This document shows positions 1 through 9,332 of a stretch of 64,000 bases of DNA, one piece after another (positions within the stretch are counted from its first letter, which is position 1; every line of letters begins with the position of its first letter). The notes under the pieces were generated by a model. It saw only the letters and a list, made by a program, of their open reading frames with translations, ran no database searches and was not told the DNA's origin. Source of the stretch: an uncultured delta proteobacterium (GTDB lineage Bacteria > Desulfobacterota > BSN033 > UBA1163). The stretch lies in NCBI GenBank assembly GCA_963827685.1, contig CAWHBU010000004.1, positions 416,001 to 480,000 on the forward strand, given 5' to 3'. A program made the position numbers and the translations under genes.

Positions 1-266
1 GCTATGCCTATCAGGAGCTTTTAAGAGAATACGGCATGACTCCTAGTATGAGCAGAAGTGGCAATTGTTATGATAATGCCTATGTGGAGTCTTTCTTTGG
101 CACGCTCAAGACGGAGTTGGTCCATGGTGAGCGGTACCGTTCAAGGCTGGAGGCGAGGCTTAGTATTTTTGAGTACGTGGAAGTGTTTTATAATCGTCAG
201 AGGAGTCATTCGGCATTAGGGTACAGGAGCCCAGAGCAGTATGAAAAGCTCCTTAATGAAACTTAA
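1..266 (+). CDS. IS3-family transposase OrfB, C-terminal part (5' truncated by window)
   Basis: SMSRSGNCYDNAYVESFFGTLKTE...YNRQRSHSALGYRSP, typical IS3 DDE/rve_3 motifs. Confidence 0.9.
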   Translation, partial: YAYQELLREYGMTPSMSRSGNCYDNAYVESFFGTLKTELVHGERYRSRLEARLSIFEYVEVFYNRQRSHSALGYRSPEQYEKLLNET

Positions 267-296
267 CTATATGTCCACTTTTTCAGGGGAAGGTCA
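1..296 (+). mobile_element. IS3-family insertion sequence, 3' part with right inverted repeat (continues beyond window start)
   Basis: The integrase-core C-terminus is followed by TGTCCACTTTTTCAGGGGAAGGTCA (272-296). Its reverse complement, TGACCTTCCCCTGAAAAAGTGGACA, resembles IS3-type TG...CA terminal IRs. Confidence 0.85.
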
Positions 297-537
297 ACTC
301 GCAGTATTTAATCCTGAAGAAAGAAGACGAGGATACGGAGAAAAAGCTCTGAGGCTTCTTCTCAATCTCCTTCAAAAGAATGGTGCAGCGGCGACGGTCT
401 ATGCCGAAATATTGAAAAACAATGTACCATCTTTACGCCTTTGTATAAAGCTTGGTTTTAAAGTTAAGAGACTATATCAGGGCAGATTCTTACTCGAAAA
501 GGATCAAAAAATGAAAGCTCAGGAGGGACGATCATGA
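297..537 (+). pseudogene. GNAT acetyltransferase C-terminal half, interrupted by the IS3 element
   Basis: NPEERRRGYGEKAL (acetyl-CoA motif A) and NVPSLRLCIKLGF (motif B) begin immediately after the IS end. Confidence 0.7.
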
Positions 538-824
538 GTTACAGAACCTTCAAACGATCGATTGCTTTGATGGTGATGCTTCTGATCGCCATGGTTTGGG
601 CCAAGGCAAGCGGGGCGCACGTTCAGGCAAATGGGCCTGGTGAACAGAGCGAGTTGGATCAACTTTTCAAAAAAGCCCGACAAAACTTTCTAGGAAAGAA
701 ATTCAAGGACGCCGCGACTGACATCCGAAAGGGGGAATCCTTCAGGTATACGGATACATTACCAAGGTGCGGAAAAAACAAAAAGCAAGTAGAAACTGAG
801 GGGGGAATTTTCAATGATGGATAG
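534..824 (+). pseudogene. Secreted protein, truncated paralog of 3352..4002
   Basis: Signal peptide; FKKARQNFLGKKFKDAATDIRKG aligns with FEKAHEFFLKKDLKAAASEIRKG, then similarity stops. Confidence 0.55.
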
Positions 825-1512
825 CAGCGCTATCAGTGAGAACGGCTGGAAAGAGCAGGCAGCAGAGGTCTCTGTTTTTCTTTTCCTCATCATACCCTCT
901 ATGGCCCTCTCCTTTTTCGCCATTAAGCAAGGAAGCCTGAACTTTGTGCTTGTCGCAATTTCAGTCATTCTTCGTGACCTTGCCCTGGTCAGTCTGATTC
1001 TCTTTTTTATCTGGCGTAACAATGAGTCCGTTACTTGGATTGGATGGACATTCAAAAACGCTTGGAAAGAGATAGGTTTAGGCATTGGGCTTTACATCCC
1101 CTTTTTTATTGCTGCTGGATTCTTTGAGAATGCGTTACGGGCGGCGGGGTTCTCTGTCTCGGCAACACCATTGCCTTCATTTATGGCCGCCAGGGGCATG
1201 GTAGAATTTTTGCTGGCCGCTATCCTGGTGGCGGTTGTTGCCCTGGCAGAGGAGACCATCTTCCGTGGCTACCTTATACTGCGCCTGAAGGCAGTCACGG
1301 TAAATTCAACTGCGGCGGTGCTGCTATCTGCGGTAATCTTTTCACTCGGACACGGTTATGAAGGATCGGCTGGGGTTGTAACCATCGGTGTTATGGGGAT
1401 AGTCTTTGCCCTTGTCTACATGTGGCGACAGAGCTTAATTGCTCCCATTGTGATGCACTTCCTCCAGGACTTTATCGGCATCGTCCTCTTGCCTTTGCTC
1501 AAAATGAAATGA
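814..1512 (+). CDS. CPBP (CAAX/Abi-type) intramembrane glutamic metalloprotease
   Basis: AEETIFRGY, FSLGHGY and MHFLQD motifs; multiple TM helices. Confidence 0.9.
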   Translation: MMDSSAISENGWKEQAAEVSVFLFLIIPSMALSFFAIKQGSLNFVLVAISVILRDLALVSLILFFIWRNNESVTWIGWTFKNAWKEIGLGIGLYIPFFIAAGFFENALRAAGFSVSATPLPSFMAARGMVEFLLAAILVAVVALAEETIFRGYLILRLKAVTVNSTAAVLLSAVIFSLGHGYEGSAGVVTIGVMGIVFALVYMWRQSLIAPIVMHFLQDFIGIVLLPLLKMK

Positions 1513-1638
1513 TCCAGGACTAAAAAAGGCTAAAGCAGAAAGATCATAGAAGAAAGGACGGGTTCAAATGAGATTGGTTGAAGGAAAGACTGAAACTAAC
1601 CTAAGACAAAGGATAAGCATTCATGAAAGGAGAAAAAT

Positions 1639-2106
1639 ATGATTTCAAAAATTCTTGTGGCTACAGATGGTTCGGAGACGGCTTTAAAGGCAAGTAGATA
1701 CGCCATCCAGCTTGCCAAACAGTTAGGCGCCTCAATAACTATACTGGGTGTGATTGACAATCGATCCCTGACAAACTACTACATGGTTCCTCCTGAGGCG
1801 ACACCCATTCATATCGTAGAACCTGTGCAGGATTTCCTCAGAGAAGTGGCTAAAAGGGATGTAGCGGTAGTTAAAAAGCTCTGCGATAAAGGAGGCGTTC
1901 CATGTCAAACAATCATCTCCTCAGGCCATCCTGCCGAAGAGATTGTAAAAGTGGCGGAGCGGTCAAGATCTCATCTTATCATTCTGGGTTCTCATGGAAA
2001 AGGGGCGCTTGCCGCTGTATTCCTTGGAAGCGTGACCTACGGCGTCATCCATAAAGAAACGCATATCCCTGTCTTAATTGTACGGAGAGGAGGGAAGAAT
2101 AAATGA
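1639..2106 (+). CDS. Universal stress protein
   Basis: KILVATDGSETA; LIILGSHGKGALAAVFLGSV; RBS AAGGAG. Confidence 0.93.
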   Translation: MISKILVATDGSETALKASRYAIQLAKQLGASITILGVIDNRSLTNYYMVPPEATPIHIVEPVQDFLREVAKRDVAVVKKLCDKGGVPCQTIISSGHPAEEIVKVAERSRSHLIILGSHGKGALAAVFLGSVTYGVIHKETHIPVLIVRRGGKNK

Positions 2107-3221
2107 ACCGACATACGATTCCATTAGGACGCATTCTGGGTATCCCCATTGGGCTGGACTATTCCTGGTTTTTGATTTTTGTGCTTATTACCTGGACGAT
2201 GGCCGTTGGCTACTACCCGGCTGAATTTAAGAACTGGCCTGTAGTGCAGTACTGGATCGTGGGAGCGATAACAGCCATCATGCTTTTTGTGAGCGTGCTG
2301 CTCCATGAACTGGGACATTCAGTGGTGGCAATGCATTACAAAATCCCGGTGCGAAGCATTACACTGTTTATTTTCGGTGGTATATCCCTAATTGGGACCG
2401 AACCAGCCAGCGCCACGGCCGGATTCTGGATTGCCATCGCCGGCCCCGTTGTGAGTTTTGCTTTGGCAGCCCTTTTCAGCCTGACGCAGCCTTTCTTCGC
2501 CGGTTTTGCTTCGCTACTGGCCTTGTTCAAATATCTAATCTATATCAACGTCGCTCTGGGCCTGTTCAATCTCATTCCAGGCTTTCCCCTGGACGGAGGT
2601 GGTGTCTTACGAGCCATTGTCTGGGGTGTCACCCACAACATGCGCAAGGCCACTCTCATCGCTGCCAATGTGGGGCGATTCATCGCCTACCTCTTCATCT
2701 TCTTCGGTGTGTGGCAAATGTTTGGGGGCAACTTCATCAACGGTCTGTGGATTGCTTTCATCGGTTGGTTCCTGGAGAGTGCCGCAAAAGGGCAGGTTCA
2801 ACAACTGGCACTCCAGAATGTGTTGGCCGGCCATAAAGTGTCCCAGGCGATGAATCGGCAATATACAGCCATACCCGCAGACACGACGTTGCAACGTTTG
2901 GTGGACGATCATATTTTAGGGAGCGGCCGCCGGAGTTTCGTCGTCAAACGGGGTGAAGCGGCTATCGGCTTGTTGACTTTACATCACTTCAAGGAAATAC
3001 CACGTTCGGACTGGCCGACCATGACAGCCACCCAAGCGATGGTACCATTGGAGCAAACGAAACGGTTGCAGCCCGATGAAGAACTATGGGCAGCCTTACA
3101 AGAGATGGACCGCGATGGAGTCAATCAACTTCCCGTAATGGTGAATGGGCAAATTCAGGGCATGCTCAGCCGGGAGGATGTCATTAGCTATCTGCGCACG
3201 TTGCGGGAACTCGGTGTTTAG
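2103..3221 (+). CDS. Site-2 protease (M50) with C-terminal CBS pair
   Basis: HELGH and FNLIPGFPLDGG motifs, CBS domains. Confidence 0.93.
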   Translation: MNRHTIPLGRILGIPIGLDYSWFLIFVLITWTMAVGYYPAEFKNWPVVQYWIVGAITAIMLFVSVLLHELGHSVVAMHYKIPVRSITLFIFGGISLIGTEPASATAGFWIAIAGPVVSFALAALFSLTQPFFAGFASLLALFKYLIYINVALGLFNLIPGFPLDGGGVLRAIVWGVTHNMRKATLIAANVGRFIAYLFIFFGVWQMFGGNFINGLWIAFIGWFLESAAKGQVQQLALQNVLAGHKVSQAMNRQYTAIPADTTLQRLVDDHILGSGRRSFVVKRGEAAIGLLTLHHFKEIPRSDWPTMTATQAMVPLEQTKRLQPDEELWAALQEMDRDGVNQLPVMVNGQIQGMLSREDVISYLRTLRELGV

Positions 3222-3351
3222 CCCGATGGTCTGGCTTTTGAGGCCGTGCTGATGCAGCAGCCGAACCTCAATCCGTAAATTCAATTGGGGAATTGGATGT
3301 TCTGAAGAAAGATGTCATCAAGATGAAAGGAAATAAAGGAGGTATAAAAAT

Positions 3352-4002
3352 ATGCGCCGCAAAACATTTTTGTTGCCAATCATATTCATGTTTCTTTTGG
3401 TTATCAACTGTGCTTTTGCACCAGTGACAAAAGCCCAAACCACTCAAAAATCAAGTATGGAAGTGGAAGAACCGAAATCCCGATTTGAGAAAGCCCACGA
3501 GTTTTTTCTCAAGAAAGATTTGAAAGCAGCAGCCTCTGAAATTCGAAAAGGTGTGGCATTCCTAAAGCAAGAAGCTCGAAGTGCAGCAAAGGATGGAAAG
3601 AAAGACCTAACGGCATCAATTCACGAATTGGAAAAACTGGCAAATGAAGTTGAAAAAGGGGCTGTAACCTCTGAAAACAGGCTAAAGGATGCCTTCGCGA
3701 GAGCTCATCAGGCTTTAGCTAATCACCATTACCTAAAAGCCTCTGAATATTGGGCTAAGAAAGAGGAAAAGAAGACAGGCCACGCACTTAAATCTGCAGC
3801 CATCCATTTCGAACACGCCGCGGTTTGGTCCGGCCATAAATTTGAAACGGGGGAAGATATTGTTATTAAAGACATACACACAGTGGCTGGTAAATTGGTA
3901 GAAGGCAAGAAGTTAACCGAGGAACAGGTTAGCAAGGGGATCAAGGACATAGGAAGTGAGATTTCAAAGCTCGGCAAAGAGACCAAACCTAAGAATAAGT
4001 AG
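3352..4002 (+). CDS. Secreted alpha-helical hypothetical protein (YfdX-like)
   Basis: Signal peptide, helical Lys/Ala-rich body, RBS AAGGAGG; family assignment tentative. Confidence 0.7.
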   Translation: MRRKTFLLPIIFMFLLVINCAFAPVTKAQTTQKSSMEVEEPKSRFEKAHEFFLKKDLKAAASEIRKGVAFLKQEARSAAKDGKKDLTASIHELEKLANEVEKGAVTSENRLKDAFARAHQALANHHYLKASEYWAKKEEKKTGHALKSAAIHFEHAAVWSGHKFETGEDIVIKDIHTVAGKLVEGKKLTEEQVSKGIKDIGSEISKLGKETKPKNK

Positions 4003-4090
4003 TGTAAATTATATTTGATATTTTAACGAGGATCTCTGGAAAAATTAGGTACTGGGCTAGGGAAAGAACATTTGGAAAGGAGTCGCCGTC

Positions 4091-5521
4091 ATGAAAAATC
4101 AAGGATGCGATATCGGGTTGATAGGCCTGGGGGTGATGGGACGGAACCTGGTCTTAAACATGGCTGATGAAGGGTTTTCGGTGGCCGTATACAATCGGAC
4201 TATTGAGAAGACGCAGGTGTTCATCAAAAATGAAGTGGGAGGACGGGACATCCGGGCCGGCTATGCTTTGGCGGAGTTCGTAGGCTTACTCCGGAAACCG
4301 CGGGCCATTGTGATGCTAGTCAAGGCGGGTCCCCCGGTGGACGCTGTCATCGAGAGTCTTCTCCCTCATCTCGAACACGGCGATCTCCTTATCGACGGAG
4401 GCAATTCTCACTTTCCTGACACGAACCGGCGAACCAAATCACTGGCCGAAAAGGGGTCCCTCTACATGGGGATGGGTATTTCCGGAGGAGAGTATGGCGC
4501 CCGTCATGGTCCCAGCATGATGCCTGGGGGACCAAAGGAAGCCTATGAGAGGGTGCGACCAATCTTAGAAGCGGCTGCGGCAAGGGTAAACGGCGAGCCG
4601 TGTGTGACCTACCTTGGGCCCGCCTCGGCAGGACATTACGTGAAGATGGTTCATAATGGAATTGAGTATGGTCTAATGGAGTTGATCGCAGAGACTTACG
4701 ACTTGATGAAACGGGGCCTGGGTTTGACGAACGATGAACTCCACACCCTTTACGACCAGTGGAATCGGGCAGAACTGAACTCTTACTTAATGGAAATTAC
4801 TGCGAACATTTTCTTGCAGCCAGATGATAAGACGGACAAAAGGCTGATTGATGCGATCCTTGATCAAGCCAAACAAAAAGGCACCGGCAAATGGACATCT
4901 TGGGATGCCATGGATCTACAGGTGGGAACGCCGACGATTGATGTAGCCGTGGTAGCTCGAGATTTGTCCGGTTATAAGGCCGAACGGGAGGCAGCGAGTA
5001 AGGCGCTGAAGGGACCTAAGATCACTTTCCGAGGAGACAGGAAGGCTTTCATCGGCCAGCTCAAGAATGCCCTTTACGCCGCCACTATCATTACCTACGC
5101 TCAAGGTATGGCCTTGCTGAAACAAGCCTCCGATGCTTACGGTTATGGTCTGAATTTGGAGGCGGTGGCCAGGATCTGGCGTGGCGGTTGCATCATTCGA
5201 GCGGCCCTCCTTGAGGATATCCGGACGTCTTACCAAAAACAGCCGGGACTCGTAAACCTGCTCATGGATCCACATTTAAGCAAGGAGGTGATGGCACGGC
5301 AGGGAAACTTGCGCGAGGTAGTTTCTGTTGCGGCTAACTTAGGCCTGCCTGCACCTGGGCTGATGGTGTCGCTGGCCTATTTCGACGCTTATCGCAGCGC
5401 ATGGCTACCAGCCAACCTGACGCAGGCCCAGCGAGATTACTTCGGGGCCCACACCTACGAACGGATGGACGAAAAGGGGGTTTTTCACACCCAATGGGGT
5501 CAATCTCGGGAGGGCAAATGA
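4091..5521 (+). CDS. gnd: NADP-dependent 6-phosphogluconate dehydrogenase
   Basis: GLIGLGVMGRNL, KMVHNGIEY, QAQRDYFGAHTY. Confidence 0.97.
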   Translation: MKNQGCDIGLIGLGVMGRNLVLNMADEGFSVAVYNRTIEKTQVFIKNEVGGRDIRAGYALAEFVGLLRKPRAIVMLVKAGPPVDAVIESLLPHLEHGDLLIDGGNSHFPDTNRRTKSLAEKGSLYMGMGISGGEYGARHGPSMMPGGPKEAYERVRPILEAAAARVNGEPCVTYLGPASAGHYVKMVHNGIEYGLMELIAETYDLMKRGLGLTNDELHTLYDQWNRAELNSYLMEITANIFLQPDDKTDKRLIDAILDQAKQKGTGKWTSWDAMDLQVGTPTIDVAVVARDLSGYKAEREAASKALKGPKITFRGDRKAFIGQLKNALYAATIITYAQGMALLKQASDAYGYGLNLEAVARIWRGGCIIRAALLEDIRTSYQKQPGLVNLLMDPHLSKEVMARQGNLREVVSVAANLGLPAPGLMVSLAYFDAYRSAWLPANLTQAQRDYFGAHTYERMDEKGVFHTQWGQSREGK

Positions 5522-7054
5522 ATGATGTCATTGTCATCACAGCATGAACCAACGGTGATCGTTATTTTTGGTGCGTCGGGTGACTTGACGCAGCGCAAAG
5601 TCGTGCCGGCGCTCTATAATCTTTTTTTGGACCGCTGGCTGCCAGAAAGGTTCGCTCTAATCGGGTTTGCTCGAACCTCATTTACGGAGGCCTCTTTTCG
5701 CGAACATCTCCGCCAAGGGGTAGACCAGTTCTCCCGCCGTGGCAAGGCCCATGATAATGACTGGCAGGACTTCACTCGACACCTCACCTACATCGCGGCC
5801 GACTATGATGACAGCGCTGCCTATGACACCCTGGTCAATCACCTCTCAAAGTCAGACAAAGAGTGGGACACTACCGCGACTCGCGTTTTCTACTTGGCTA
5901 CACCCCCTGCAAAGTTTGAAGTTATCGCCCGACAATTGGACAAGGCCAGGCTGTCCGGCGACCGGAAGCGGACTCGCATTGTCGCGGAAAAGCCCTTTGG
6001 GCGAGATCTGGCATCAGCCCGCACTCTAAACCACACGCTCACCACTGTCTTTGACGAATCCCAGATTTACCGGATAGACCACTACCTGGGGAAAGAGACA
6101 GTGCAAAATATCCTGGCCCTGCGTTTCGCCAATGCCCTGTTTGAGCCGATCTGGAACCGACGTTACATTGACCACGTTCAGATCACGGTGGCAGAGGACG
6201 TTGGGGTCGAGCATCGAGGTGGTTACTACGACCATGTCGGAGCCATGCGCGATATGGTGCAGAATCATCTTCTGCAGGTTCTATGCCTGATCGCTATGGA
6301 AGCGCCTGTTTCTTTCGACGCGAATGAGATTCGCAATAAAAAGGTGGATGTGCTCCACGCAATCCGCCCCTTATCCCAGGAGCGGATGGATCAATTCGCC
6401 GTGCGGGGGCAGTATGGGGCAGGCTGGATCGAGGGGCAGCGTGTTCCCGCCTATCGTGAGGAATATGGCATAACCTCTGATTCCTCCACCGAGACTTTTG
6501 CCGCCCTTAAGCTGTGTGTGGATAACTGGCGTTGGCAGGATGTGCCATTCTATCTGCGCACGGGCAAACGCTTGCCTGGCAAGGTTTCGGAAGTCTCAAT
6601 CCAATTTCGCCCTGTGCCACACCAATCCTTCCCATCCTCGGCGGTCACAGGCTGGCAACCGAATCGTCTGGTGATCCACATTCAACCGGAGGAAGGTACC
6701 TTGCTTCGTATCCAAGCCAAGCAGCCAGGGCTAAGGATGCACTTGAACCAGGTAGATATGCGTTTCACCTACCACGAAGCTTTCCAAGTCCCTTCCCCAG
6801 AAGCTTACGAAACTCTGCTCTTGGATACCATACTGGGAGATGCGACGCTGTTTATGCGCGCTGACCAGGTGGAAGCTGCCTGGTCTGTAGTGACCCCCAT
6901 CCTGGAAGGCTGGCAAGCGGCGACGCCCGTCGCCTTCCCCAACTACCAGGCCGGTACATGGGGGCCTGATTCAGCCAAAATGCTGATTGCAAGGGATGGA
7001 CGCAGTTGGTTGTTGCCTACCGTCCTGGAGAACCGCAAAGGGGACAGATCGTGA
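5522..7054 (+). CDS. zwf: Glucose-6-phosphate 1-dehydrogenase
   Basis: GASGDL, RIDHYLGKE, DMVQNHLLQ. Confidence 0.97.
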   Translation: MMSLSSQHEPTVIVIFGASGDLTQRKVVPALYNLFLDRWLPERFALIGFARTSFTEASFREHLRQGVDQFSRRGKAHDNDWQDFTRHLTYIAADYDDSAAYDTLVNHLSKSDKEWDTTATRVFYLATPPAKFEVIARQLDKARLSGDRKRTRIVAEKPFGRDLASARTLNHTLTTVFDESQIYRIDHYLGKETVQNILALRFANALFEPIWNRRYIDHVQITVAEDVGVEHRGGYYDHVGAMRDMVQNHLLQVLCLIAMEAPVSFDANEIRNKKVDVLHAIRPLSQERMDQFAVRGQYGAGWIEGQRVPAYREEYGITSDSSTETFAALKLCVDNWRWQDVPFYLRTGKRLPGKVSEVSIQFRPVPHQSFPSSAVTGWQPNRLVIHIQPEEGTLLRIQAKQPGLRMHLNQVDMRFTYHEAFQVPSPEAYETLLLDTILGDATLFMRADQVEAAWSVVTPILEGWQAATPVAFPNYQAGTWGPDSAKMLIARDGRSWLLPTVLENRKGDRS

Positions 7055-7447
7055 TTCAAATATATTCCGTCCAAGAATCGATTAGCTGTGTTCCATCAAT
7101 GATTGCCCTTGGTCTCGTCCATTCTCAAAAAATCCCCCATGGACACGGCCATCCGTTTTGGGCCCGCTTGACGGTTCTCTATACCGATCCTTTTTCTTCA
7201 CCACGCTCCTTCACCAGCAGCATGAGCCTTGTGTCAACCTGTTGTCCAATGCCATCAAACTCACAAGACTTAAACAGTGGCTTTAGTGAAAAAGGGATAT
7301 GGGTTTTCATACCACCTCCGAGGGCATAATGGGCATGGTAAAAGAAAGGAAAATGTTAGAACAAGAAATCTATTTATGCTAATCTATCAAATCACACTGT
7401 CGCGCTATGCGCATCGGTATCAAAATTAACCAAAAGGAGGAACGAAA

Positions 7448-8107
7448 ATGAGAGTTAAGGAAATGATGACAAAGAATCCCGTTACAATTGAACCTGACAC
7501 ATTGGTTTTGGATGCTCGAAGGATAATGAAAGAAAAAAATATCCACAGGCTTCCTGTGATTGAAAAAGGCAAATTGATTGGAATTGTCACTAAACATGAC
7601 CTCCTCGATGCTGCGCCTTCACCTGCTACACCGGTGAGCGTCCATGATCTGAACTACCTTCTTTCGAAAATGAAGGTGAAGGAGATTATGAAGAAAAATC
7701 CGCTGACCGTCACTCCAAATACCCCTTTTGAAGATGCCTTAAGGATCGGACAGGAGAAAAAAATTGGTTCATTTCCTGTAGTAGAAAACGGAAAACTAGT
7801 CGGCATTACAACCGAGTCGGACATCGTCAGGTATCTGATCCATGCCTTAGGCATTCACGAGGAAGGATCAAGAATCACGATTGTGGGATTGGGAGAAAAG
7901 TTGGGGGAACTCGAGAAGATTATTTCGATTACCAATCAAAATAAGACGATGATTTTAAGTATGATTGTTCTGCCCCGGCGCAAAAAGGGTGACTGGATGA
8001 TCGAGCTTCGATTAAACACGAAAAATCCAAAAAAAATCATACAAAATTTCAAGAAAGACGGGTTTAATGTAACCTGGGCTGTAGCCCCTGTAAAGGAAGA
8101 ATGGTAA
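7448..8107 (+). CDS. CBS-pair plus ACT domain protein (AcuB-like)
   Basis: Two CBS repeats (HRLPV...GIVT; SFPVV...GITT) and an ACT-like C-terminus. Confidence 0.85.
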   Translation: MRVKEMMTKNPVTIEPDTLVLDARRIMKEKNIHRLPVIEKGKLIGIVTKHDLLDAAPSPATPVSVHDLNYLLSKMKVKEIMKKNPLTVTPNTPFEDALRIGQEKKIGSFPVVENGKLVGITTESDIVRYLIHALGIHEEGSRITIVGLGEKLGELEKIISITNQNKTMILSMIVLPRRKKGDWMIELRLNTKNPKKIIQNFKKDGFNVTWAVAPVKEEW

Positions 8108-8143
8108 ATGGATGTTTTTGAGGTCAGGTGCAGGAATAGCGGA

Positions 8144-8184
8144 GGGTGGTGGACACCAGTCTGTCCAGCCCACCCGGTTTTGTT
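8144..8184 (+). terminator. Hairpin followed by T-rich tract after the CBS gene; possible terminator or REP
   Basis: GGGTGG-TGGACA-ccagtc-TGTCCA-GCCCACCC then GGTTTTGTT. Confidence 0.4.
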
Positions 8185-8196
8185 GAGCTTGGCTAA

Positions 8197-8463
8197 GAGG
8201 TAGAGCTGGTTGTGCGCCGCCAGTCCGGCGACGAGATGTCACCGTATGAGCGTCCGCTCAGGGATGCCGTACGAGGCGACGCCTCGCTTTTCGCCCGCGA
8301 GGACAGCGTCGAAGCCGCCTGGTGCCTTGTAGACCCGATCCTGCGAAACGTGACGCCAGTCCATGAGTACGAACCGAACACCTGGGGACCGGCGGAAGCC
8401 CACCGGATCATTTCGGGCGATGGCAGCTGGCACAACCCCAAACATGAGGAGGCGATCGTATGA
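8197..8463 (+). pseudogene. Second glucose-6-phosphate dehydrogenase, C-terminal remnant only
   Basis: PYERPLRDAVRGDASLFAREDSVEAAWCLVDPIL...YEPNTWGP matches the Zwf C-terminus (compare 5522..7054). Confidence 0.85.
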
Positions 8464-9155
8464 CATCACCCGACGAAGTTGTATTCTTGTTTGACGTGGA
8501 CAATACCCTGCTCGACAATGACCGGGTACAAGATGACCTCAGGAACCATCTTGAGAGCGAGTTCGGAGCTGAGAGCCGAGATCGGTACTGGGCAATATTT
8601 GAAGAGTTGCGTGCCGAGCTTGGTTATACCGACTACCTGGGCGCTTTGCAGCGCTATCGGCTCGAAGACCTGTGCGATCCGCGACTGCTGATGATGTCTT
8701 CGTTTCTGGTGGATTATCCGTTTGCGAACCGGCTGTATCCTGGTTCCCTTGACGCCCTTGAGCACGTTCGCTCGTGGGGAGCAACGGTCATCCTGTCCGA
8801 TGGCGACGTGGTCTTTCAGCCGCGAAAAGTTCAGCGCTCAGGACTTTGGGAAGCGGTTGAGGGTCGGGTGCTGATCTACGTCCACAAAGAACAGATGCTC
8901 GATGACGTCGAGGGGCGCTATCCGGCCCGCCATTATGCTATGGTGGACGATAAGCTGCGCATTCTGGCGGCAATGAAAAAGATCTGGGGGAGCCGGCTGA
9001 CAACCATCTTTCCACGTCAGGGACATTATGCGCTTGATCCCCGAGCCATCGCCAGCTATCCGCCGGCTGACCTCACGATTGAGCGGATCGGCGATCTGGT
9101 CAACTACGGCTTACCTGCGTTGCTCGACGCCGTCAGAGCAGACAACGCGCGATAA
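8460..9155 (+). CDS. HAD-family hydrolase
   Basis: FLFDVDNTL motif I; MVDDK motif IV. Confidence 0.88.
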   Translation: MTSPDEVVFLFDVDNTLLDNDRVQDDLRNHLESEFGAESRDRYWAIFEELRAELGYTDYLGALQRYRLEDLCDPRLLMMSSFLVDYPFANRLYPGSLDALEHVRSWGATVILSDGDVVFQPRKVQRSGLWEAVEGRVLIYVHKEQMLDDVEGRYPARHYAMVDDKLRILAAMKKIWGSRLTTIFPRQGHYALDPRAIASYPPADLTIERIGDLVNYGLPALLDAVRADNAR

Positions 9156-9164
9156 CGAGGAACC

Positions 9165-9332
9165 ATGAAAACTACACACCAGCTTCATGGTCTTGGTCAG
9201 AGCCTTTGGCTCGACAACATCACCCGTGGACTCCTGACGAAGGGCACTCTCCGCCGTTATATCACCGAACTTTCGGTGACGGGGCTTACCACGAAAGTTG
9301 GATACTCCAAACTGAGGGAGGAGATATGGTAA
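9165..9332 (+). pseudogene. Transaldolase N-terminal remnant (not in the ORF track)
   Basis: MKTTHQLHGLGQSLWLDNITRGLLTKGTLRRYITELSVTGLT matches the transaldolase N-terminus; breaks at the T(S/T)NP motif and stops at 9332. Confidence 0.85.

Noticed and set aside
7006-7329. ORF 7006..7329 and a small minus-strand ORF after GGAGGTGGT
   Set aside because: No recognisable motifs; cannot be supported as genes.
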